Below, one piece after another: positions 25,132 to 32,000 of a stretch of 32,000 bases of DNA. The stretch spans positions 390,001 to 422,000 of the forward strand of contig NZ_CP021983.2 of NCBI RefSeq assembly GCF_002075285.3, in the 5' to 3' direction. Position 1 is the first letter of the stretch. Each line of letters begins with the position of its first letter. The stretch is from Halomicronema hongdechloris C2206 (GTDB taxonomy: Bacteria > Cyanobacteriota > Cyanobacteriia > Phormidesmidales > Phormidesmidaceae). A program made the translations under genes and the position numbers. The notes under the pieces are model-generated. The model did no database searches and had not been told where the DNA came from. It saw only the letters and a list, made by a program, of their open reading frames with translations.

Positions 25132-26622
25132 ATGAGTTTCTGCATCAACCCCCAGTGCTCGAAACCTCAAAATTCCCGACAGCCCCTTTTTTGCGAATCA
25201 TGTGGCTCAGATCTACTGCTTGATGGTCGCTATCGAGTCATTGAGCGTCTCGGCAGAGGTGGCTTTGCTGACACGTATGAGGTTTTTGAATTTGGTACAC
25301 CCAAGATTCTGAAAGTTCTACATCATAAAGAACCCAAGGCACTTGAACTGTTCAAACGGGAGTTCGATGTACTAAGTCGTCTCAATCATCCCGGCATTCC
25401 CAAAGTAGACCCTGACGCATATTTTACGTTTATGCCAAAAGGCTCTTTAGAAGTTCTTCATTGCTTTGTAATGGAGAAAATTGAGGGAATGGACCTTGAG
25501 AAATATATGGAAAAACGTGGCAATCAACCTATTTCAGAAAAGACGGGGTTGGCTTGGCTAGAGCAAATCGTTGAAATTTTGCAGGTTATTCACGAGCAAG
25601 ACTTTCTGCATCGCGATATCAAGCCAAGTAACATCATCTTAAAACCTGATGGCCAATTGGCTCTGATCGACTTTGGTGCCGTCCGGGAAATGAGTCAAAC
25701 CTACATGCAAAAGTCTAAAATCACGGCCATCTCATCGGCAGGCTATACACCTCCCGAGCAAGTCAATGGCAAGGCCATTATACAATCTGATTTTTTCGCT
25801 TTAGGTAGAACCTTTGTCTTCCTCTTTACTGGAAAAGAACCTGGAGCTTTTAATTTAGATCCCCGAACAGCAGAACTTGTCTGGCAGGATGATGCCAAGC
25901 AAATTTCAGAGAGAGTCATCGGCATCATTGATCTAATGATGGCTTATATTCCAGACAACAGACCTGCTCTAGCATCAGACGTTCTTCAGGAAATCGAATC
26001 ACCAAAAATATCTCAGAAAATCGAAACGCCCCATTCAAAAAACATACAAAAGCAAGCTTTTTGGCGGAGGTTTCCAGCCGCAGTAATCGATTATGCTGCT
26101 ATAGCGATACTCGGAGTAATTCCTTACAGTATACTCTATGAAGTTTTAGATCGAATTAATCCATATCCTTCATTCCCATATGGCCTGTTCTCTGATGAAG
26201 TAGATCCTATTGAAGAGCAGCTGCATAACCAGCAAGTTGATTTGCACTGGCAGCTAGACAATATTTTTCAATGGATAAGTTTGGTTTCTACATATCTAAT
26301 TGTCGGGGCCGTATACCACGCCTTGACGGAAAGTTCCACGCGGCAAGCAAGCCCAGGGAAAAGACTTTTTAAAGTACATTTGAGAAATGAAATTGGGAAT
26401 CATTTAGGTTTTATGAAAGCTTTAGCAAGAGCTATTCTTAAACAAATATTCTGGTTGCTTTTTGTCCTTTATCCTATTGCATCAGCCACCTATGTTTATG
26501 GCAGCCTTTACTGGTTTAGCCTTGCTGCTTTTCTGTTTGTGGTTATTTCTTTGCTGATCACTCTTCGAAACAAGAACTTTTTGTACGATTTGGCATCCAG
26601 AACGAAAGTTCTGATCAAATAA
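25132..26622 (+). CDS. Ser/Thr protein kinase with an N-terminal 4-Cys zinc ribbon and a C-terminal RDD-family membrane domain
   Basis: The ribbon is CINPQC...CESCG. The kinase motifs are GRGGFADTY (G-loop), ILKVL (Lys), HRDIKPSNIIL, DFGAVR and GYTPPEQ. The C-terminus has RDD hallmarks (RRFPAAVIDY ... SPGKRLFKVHL ... LYDLASRTKVL) with hydrophobic helices. Confidence 0.9.
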   Translation: MSFCINPQCSKPQNSRQPLFCESCGSDLLLDGRYRVIERLGRGGFADTYEVFEFGTPKILKVLHHKEPKALELFKREFDVLSRLNHPGIPKVDPDAYFTFMPKGSLEVLHCFVMEKIEGMDLEKYMEKRGNQPISEKTGLAWLEQIVEILQVIHEQDFLHRDIKPSNIILKPDGQLALIDFGAVREMSQTYMQKSKITAISSAGYTPPEQVNGKAIIQSDFFALGRTFVFLFTGKEPGAFNLDPRTAELVWQDDAKQISERVIGIIDLMMAYIPDNRPALASDVLQEIESPKISQKIETPHSKNIQKQAFWRRFPAAVIDYAAIAILGVIPYSILYEVLDRINPYPSFPYGLFSDEVDPIEEQLHNQQVDLHWQLDNIFQWISLVSTYLIVGAVYHALTESSTRQASPGKRLFKVHLRNEIGNHLGFMKALARAILKQIFWLLFVLYPIASATYVYGSLYWFSLAAFLFVVISLLITLRNKNFLYDLASRTKVLIK

Positions 26623-26884
26623 AAACGTTTAGAATCGAGGATATATATCCAAATGATATTATCTCTGAACTGTCGTGCTTGGAACCCATTTTAACTTTTA
26701 GATTTCACCTAAAACGCAAAAGCTTACAGGAAAAGGTTATGAGCCTCTGCATCAACCCCCAATGCACACATCCTGAAAATTCTCGGCAGCCCCTTTTTTG
26801 TGAATCCTGCGGATCAGAATTGTTGCTCGATGGTCGCTATCGAGTGCTTCAGTATTTGGGCGGAGGCGGTTTCGCTGATGTCTA

Positions 26885-28031
26885 TAGCAATCCCAGTTGA
26901 TTTATGAACAAGGTGAATATTCTTCTATTTTAGAAAAATCGAACTTTTGATGATCTATAAAGAACTCAAACAGATACTTTACAGCGGGGAAAGAACGACA
27001 CAACCTCCAAAATCTTCTCAATGAATTTTTGGCTTGTAACCAAACATCTTCCACTGGATTTTGTTCTGGTGAATTGGGTGCAAATAGAATACATTTGAAT
27101 TGCCATTCTGTCTCTTCTTTCCCATGATTGACTGTAGCTAAAAAATCTTTGATCTCTTGTGACTTATGATAACTAGCGCCATCCCAAATTAATGCGATTT
27201 GCTTCCCAGGATTTTGTTCCTGCAAGTACTTCATAAAAGCAACTGTATTCTCTCCATTCCCTTTCTCGTAAGGATGCAAAATAAATTCTTTTGTTTGATA
27301 GTTTAATGCGCCATAATATGTTTGCCTGATTCTCTCGTTTGTAATAGGGATTTCGATTCGCATATCTGTCTTGCCCCAGACATATCCACAAACATCACCC
27401 CAAAGGAGATGACACTCATCCAAAAAAAGTACAATCAATTCCCCAGACTCAATTTTGAACTGGTTTTGACGGATAAATCCTTGGATTTCTTCTCTTTTTT
27501 TTTGACTAGAGCTGGATCAGATTTTGGGTTGGTTTTTTGAGATTTCTTCCAACTAATACCTGCTTCCGAAAAAAGTGTATAGTAGCTTTGCTTAGACTTG
27601 TAAATCACATCATAATGTTCATCTAAATATGAAACTAATTCATCAAAGTTCCAGTAGTTTCTGGTTCTCAGCCACGAGATAATTTCTGTACGATCATCTG
27701 GGGTTAGGTAACTTTTTGATCCTTGGTAGCCGAGTTTAATACCTTCAATGCCTTGTGCTTCGAATCTGTTCTTCCAATATGTAATAAAAGACTTGTTTAT
27801 TACCAGAAATTTGGTAATCTTAAAATATGGCTCACCCTCCAATGCCATTTTTACAGCCAATGCTCGCTTAAGCTCTCTTGAATCAGGATTACTACTTATA
27901 AAGTCTGATAGAATAGCACGATTATCTACTTTTTGTTGGTGTTCTAATTGAAAACTATTCATGAGTACAACTGTATTGACAGCTTGATGATATTTATATA
28001 CTACCCATTCTAAACTCATTTAGGGTTGCTA
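26885..28031 (-). mobile_element. IS630-family insertion sequence (1147 bp) with a TA target-site duplication
   Basis: Imperfect terminal inverted repeats: tagcaatcccagttga... on the left, and tagcaaccctaaatga... as the reverse complement of the right end. TA is at 26883-26884 and 28032-28033. The transposase ORFs fill the element. Boundaries are good to about 2 nt. Confidence 0.85.
26902..28019 (-). CDS. IS630-family transposase in two frames (orfA 27435-28019, orfB 26902-27438)
   Basis: orfA is an HTH-like N-terminal part and orfB a DDE-type part (LFLDECHLLWGD...IWDGASYHKS...FAPNSPEQNPVEDVW). The orfB frame stays open upstream to an A9 run (27495-27503), where a -1 shift gives ...VKKKREEIQGFIRQNQFKIESGELIVLFLDE. 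Confidence 0.8.
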
Positions 28032-29489
28032 TATGAGGTTGTAGAGTTTGGCGAAGCAAAGGTTCTTAAAGTTCTAAGTTACAAAGCTGAAAATAAGGAA
28101 GAAGCACTTCCAAAATTATTAGAACTCTTTAAGAGAGAATATGAGGTACTAAGCCGTTTGAATAATGATGGCATTCCAAAAGTAGATCCAGGTGATTATT
28201 TCATATTTACTCTAAGGGGATCTTCAGACGTCTTCCATTGCTTTGCGATGGAGAAAATTGAAGGCATGGACCTTGAAAAATATATGAGAAATCGCGGTAA
28301 TAAACCTATTTCAGAAAAGACAAGTTTGGCTTGGCTTGAACAGATTATTGGAATTCTGAAGGTTATCCACGATCAGAACTTCCTTCACAGAGATATCAAA
28401 CCTAGCAACATCATCTTAAAACCTGAGGGGGAGTTAGTTTTGATTGACTTCGGTGCTGTTCGAGAAATGAGCCAAACATATGCAATAAAATCTACAGGTA
28501 CATTCGTTTGCTCGCTTGGTTATACATCACCAGAGCAACAAACAAGTAAGGCGATACCTCAGTCTGATTTTTTCGCATTAGGCAGAACCTTCGTATTCCT
28601 TCTTACTGGAAAGGAAATAAAAGATCTTGAACTTGATGAAACAGCAAAGGAGCTAATCTGGCAAGAGCATGCTATGCAGATCTCAGAAAGGCTTATCAGA
28701 ATTATTGACTCAATGGTGGCATATGCTCCAGCTAAAAGGCCAAGTAGTGCAGAAGATATCATTCATGCCTTAGAGAGTATTTCCAAAAAGCCTTCTCCAA
28801 AAGGACAATCTAATTCGAAGCCCTATAAGACTAATCTGAAGCCCTATAAGACAATAAGAAAAGATATTTATAAAAGAGTTGTAGCATTTGTGCTCGACTA
28901 CTTCATGATAGGGAGTTTATTTGTCGGTATTGCATATTTTTTCTTCCACGAAGCACTATTGAACGAATTTCATGACCCTTTGTGGCTTATATATCTAGGT
29001 TTCCCTGTAATTCTTGGGGTTAGCTTCGTGGGGAATGTTTTCGACGATGGTGGCTATTTATTTGTCTGGCCATTTCCATTCTTTTTTATGCTTTTTGTTT
29101 TCGCCTATCCAATATTTTCAGAAAACTCGAAAGCGATGGGAACTCTAGGGAAAAGTATAGTTGGATTGAAAGTATTAAGAGTTGATCTTAAGAAAGCATC
29201 TAAATTGCAGATATGGTTTAGGACGACACTTAAATTTTTATACTCTATTTATATCGGCGGCTCTTTTTTGTTTTTCATCCCCGCAGTTATTCAAGACTTT
29301 GGAGAGAAATTAAGAGAACCTTCACCCAGAAGTTCAGCGGCGATGCTATTGGGCTGTGTGTGGTTAATTTCGACCCTTGTATCACTCAAACCATTAGTTT
29401 CCGGTGGAAGACTTATTCATGATATTGTTTCCGGAACACTGGTTGTGTCAAGAAAGAAGTAAGCTGAAAGACCACTTTCAGAACAAAAT

Positions 29490-30068
29490 ATGGCTATTAC
29501 TCTGAATTTGATTCATAAGAGTTTAAATGCTCAAGCTGCCACATCTTGGGATTTTGATACTAAGAGAAACAACTCCTCGATAATTATTGGTCGAGATTCG
29601 AGTTCTTGTCATGTTCATCTCAAAGACCTTTCTGTAGCCAAAATACACGCCTCAATATTTTTCAAGGCTGACTTTAATGGATACTACATTCATAACTTGC
29701 AGCCATTAAATCCAATCTCTATCGATGGAGCAGTTTTAATTCAAGGCGAAGCTCGACTTTGGCAAGGGAGTACTATTCAACTCGGTAACTCCACATTATT
29801 AGTTGAAAAACTCAAACTCTCATCGAATAAAGCGATCTCTAGCCAAACACCCAATCGTAATTCCCTCTCTACAAATTCTCCAGCGCGGTTGATTACCCCT
29901 TCTCAATTGTCCTCATCACCACCCACGCCTCAGCCTACCCAAGAACACGGCCTTCAGTGCCCTAAATGCCAAACGATCCATCCCTTAACTAGTCAGAATG
30001 TATCTTGTCATATTTGCGGCCATTTCTTGGCAGATGCTGATAGCGTCTTGATATCTCCCAAGCACTGA
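29490..30068 (+). CDS. FHA domain protein with a C-terminal 4-Cys zinc ribbon
   Basis: The FHA pattern is IIIGRDSSSCHVHLKDLSVAKIHASIFF...IHNLQPLNPISIDG...GSTIQLGNSTLLV. A S/P/T/Q-rich linker follows, then CPKC-x13-CHIC. It starts 27 nt after the kinase 2 stop. Confidence 0.8.
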   Translation: MAITLNLIHKSLNAQAATSWDFDTKRNNSSIIIGRDSSSCHVHLKDLSVAKIHASIFFKADFNGYYIHNLQPLNPISIDGAVLIQGEARLWQGSTIQLGNSTLLVEKLKLSSNKAISSQTPNRNSLSTNSPARLITPSQLSSSPPTPQPTQEHGLQCPKCQTIHPLTSQNVSCHICGHFLADADSVLISPKH

Positions 30069-30083
30069 GAAGGTGAGTAAATC

Positions 30084-32000
30084 ATGCCTCCCTTTCCCCT
30101 TAAAATTCGACTTACTTGGAAGGATAGCGTTACCCAAGATACTCGAAATCCGCTTCTCAGCTTACCCATTGCACTGGGAAGCGAATTCTCAGCCATGCCA
30201 GCAAATTTAGGGCAGTTGGCAGTTTCACGCATGACATTTCGAGATCCGATCGCCTCCAAATTTCATGCCTTTATTTATTTAGAGAACAATCAACCTGTCA
30301 TCATTGATCAAAATACGCCTGCTGGAACCTGGATCAACAACGTTAGAGTTCAAAAACATATTCTCCGAGATCACGACGTTATTTGCCTGGGGAATCAAGA
30401 GATTCGCGTCCGCTTGGTTTCTCAGGCTTCCTCGCCAACATCTGCCAGTTATCAATGCGCAAACGTTCCTCTCAATCCGCCAACGTCTCAACCTCAGACC
30501 AAACCTAAATTTCCACCTGCGGCCTTCAAACAAGCTGAGTATGTTTCGCTTGACTACCTGGAGGAGACGGGGCGATTCAACCCCAGAAAAGATCAGTTCG
30601 ACTACGCTGCCATTGGCGCAGGGCTGGGCAGTTACATTTGGGTAGACTTTCTTCGTATCTTTGGGGTGAAAGCAGAACGCATTGTGGCGTTGGGTACTCA
30701 GGATAAGCCCTATGCCCGATATCAACAGTTGTGCCTGAATTCTCAAATTCCCCCTCACGAAAGACTACGCTCTAACTCTGACTCTTGCCCAGACAACATT
30801 TGGGGGTGGCCCAGCTATGCCCTGAGAGAGTCCTGGCAGGATTTCTGGAAAGGACGTGTAAACCATACTCTCGAATCTCTCTGGCAAGTTTTTTCTGAAC
30901 CCGTTCTTGCCGAAACTTATACGCCAAAATCCGGGAATGTTTTCAAGTCCATTGACCGAGAAGCGAACCGGATTGGATGGTCAGACATTTTTCGGCATGG
31001 CAGTGTCCGCGCCATTCGCAAAATGAGTGATGGCAGATATGCCATTGCCTATTCCCAAGGAAAAGGCCGATATGGTTTTGTAGTGGCGAAACACATTCAT
31101 CTATCAACAGGGTATCCCGGCATCCGACTGTTGAAACACTTGAAAGAATATCGAGATAAAACAAAGGATCTCAAATCTGTGGTTAATGCTTACGAGTCTC
31201 ACGAACATATCTATGACTCTCTAGTTGAGCAAGGCGGTACTGTGCTGATTCAGGGCCGAGGCATTGTTGCCTCCAGAATTCTTCAACGGATTTATGAGAC
31301 TTGCCAGAAAAGTTCTCACCGTATAGAAGTGATCCACATGATGCGGCGACCTATTGGCAGGAATGAGGGAAATAAATTTGGTCTAGCGCAGCGCTCAGTC
31401 AGCAATCACTTTGAATTACAACCATTCAACTGGCCGAAAGCTTGTTGGGGAGGAGACCTCCGGGACGTGTTGGAGAAGGCTAGTGACTCGGAAAGAACTC
31501 AACTCCTCAAAGCTTGGGGTGGCACAACTACTGCTGATCGCCGTGATTGGCAAAGGATCATTGCTTCTGGACTCCGAGATCAATGGTATCGGCCTAAATT
31601 TGGTTCCGTGAAAGAAGTTGAGCCTGCTGGTAGGCAGCTTAAAGTTACATATTCCGAAGTTGAAGGTGGCAAAGTTCAGGGAGTTGCCACTCGGGAAGTA
31701 GACTTCATCATTGACGCTACTGGTTTAGAAGCTGATTTGGAAGTGAGTCCTCTCTTAAAGGATTTAATTGATTGCTACAGCTTGCAACTCCTTGATAACG
31801 GACGATTCAAAATCTCGAACGAATTTGAAATTGCTGAGATGTGTTCCAAGCAGACGGGCCAGCAACCAGGGCATATGTATGCCTCTGGTGTAATCACACT
31901 AGGAGGACCGTACGCGGCTGTAGACAGTTTCTTAGGGTTGCAATATGGAGCTCTTCGCTCTATAGATAGCCTGGTAAAAAAACGGGCACCTGGTCTGCGT
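30084..32000 (+). CDS. FHA domain fused to a flavoprotein-like (FAD/NAD(P)-binding) oxidoreductase domain; the 3' end lies outside the window
   Basis: I translated 639 codons by hand with no stop, from ATG 30084 (in-frame TAA two codons upstream, aaggtgag RBS-like) to base 32000. This ORF is not in the supplied track. The FHA region is aa 1-110 (SKFHAFIYL...DQNTPAGTWINN...ICLGNQEIRV), followed by a P/S/T/Q linker. Then come DYAAIGAGLGSY, VLIQGRGIVASRILQRI (GxGxxA) and VDFIIDATGLEAD (ATG motif). Confidence 0.8.
   Translation, partial: MPPFPLKIRLTWKDSVTQDTRNPLLSLPIALGSEFSAMPANLGQLAVSRMTFRDPIASKFHAFIYLENNQPVIIDQNTPAGTWINNVRVQKHILRDHDVICLGNQEIRVRLVSQASSPTSASYQCANVPLNPPTSQPQTKPKFPPAAFKQAEYVSLDYLEETGRFNPRKDQFDYAAIGAGLGSYIWVDFLRIFGVKAERIVALGTQDKPYARYQQLCLNSQIPPHERLRSNSDSCPDNIWGWPSYALRESWQDFWKGRVNHTLESLWQVFSEPVLAETYTPKSGNVFKSIDREANRIGWSDIFRHGSVRAIRKMSDGRYAIAYSQGKGRYGFVVAKHIHLSTGYPGIRLLKHLKEYRDKTKDLKSVVNAYESHEHIYDSLVEQGGTVLIQGRGIVASRILQRIYETCQKSSHRIEVIHMMRRPIGRNEGNKFGLAQRSVSNHFELQPFNWPKACWGGDLRDVLEKASDSERTQLLKAWGGTTTADRRDWQRIIASGLRDQWYRPKFGSVKEVEPAGRQLKVTYSEVEGGKVQGVATREVDFIIDATGLEADLEVSPLLKDLIDCYSLQLLDNGRFKISNEFEIAEMCSKQTGQQPGHMYASGVITLGGPYAAVDSFLGLQYGALRSIDSLVKKRAPGLR

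Larger units (their letters stand above)
26739..29462 (+). pseudogene. Second Zn-ribbon / Ser-Thr kinase / RDD paralogue, split by an IS630-family insertion
   Basis: The 5' piece (26739-26884) encodes MSLCINPQC...CESCG...GGGGFADVY. The 3' piece (28032-29462) continues EVVEFGEAKVLKVL...HRDIKPSNIIL...DFGAVR...RDD-like tail. Removing 26885-28033 (1149 bp, a multiple of 3) restores one frame collinear with kinase 1. Confidence 0.9.

Noticed and set aside
26679-26738. Upstream extension of the kinase 2 5' fragment (MEPILTFRFHLKRKSLQEKV)
   Set aside because: Kinase 1 starts directly at the equivalent MS(F/L)CINPQC. The extension begins with a non-ATG codon in AT-rich leader sequence.
30279-31611. 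Track ORFs 30279-30758 (-), 30304-30645 (+), 30943-31164 (-) and 31411-31611 (+)
   Set aside because: All lie inside, and out of frame or antisense to, the 639-codon open frame starting at 30084, which has recognisable FHA and dinucleotide-binding motifs. Their translations are low-quality (R/L/C/W-rich).
1-32000. Search for CRISPR arrays, tRNA/rRNA genes and common structured RNAs in the long intergenic regions (4457-5116, 8459-9137, 24746-25131)
   Set aside because: There is no regularly spaced direct-repeat array. I saw no GGTTCGAATCC-type T-loop and no RNase P or tmRNA signature strings. A covariance-model scan (Infernal/Rfam, tRNAscan-SE) would be needed to exclude them formally.

Overview
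The window looks like a chromosomal segment from a cyanobacterium. Supporting signs are the octamer GCGATCGC (HIP1) scattered through the first 24 kb, XisH/XisI, many Uma2 (DUF820) nucleases, and 4-Cys-prefix Ser/Thr kinases. I see three zones.

(1) 1-16.3 kb is GC-rich housekeeping backbone. It holds a SirB1-like fragment, two ABC-2 permeases, an MBL/beta-CASP exonuclease, a DUF1622 membrane protein, a Mo-nitrogenase-C-like small protein, ftsH, a type IV pilin-like gene, an ABC ATPase, a large Rieske protein, an MscS channel, a frameshifted cell-wall amidase and rnc.

(2) 16.3-24.7 kb is an HIP1-dense accessory region starting right after rnc. It is packed with small nuclease and toxin-antitoxin-like cassettes: three Uma2 genes plus fragments, an HNH pair, a solitary DndE-like gene, DUF433/DUF5615, an HTH protein, XisH/XisI, KTSC and DUF1902. 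It also holds gene remnants, a dispersed 50-75 bp repeat family and a transposase remnant.

(3) About 24.8-32.0 kb is a visibly AT-rich island with no HIP1. It encodes one co-directional module: two paralogous Zn-ribbon / Ser-Thr kinase / RDD membrane proteins (the second split by an IS630-family element), a small FHA + Zn-ribbon protein, and a long ORF (30084 to beyond 32000). That ORF is absent from the supplied track and fuses an FHA domain to a flavoprotein-like oxidoreductase domain. This module is my best candidate for an undescribed system.

I found no rRNA, tRNA or CRISPR array. All family assignments rest on remembered motifs, not searches.
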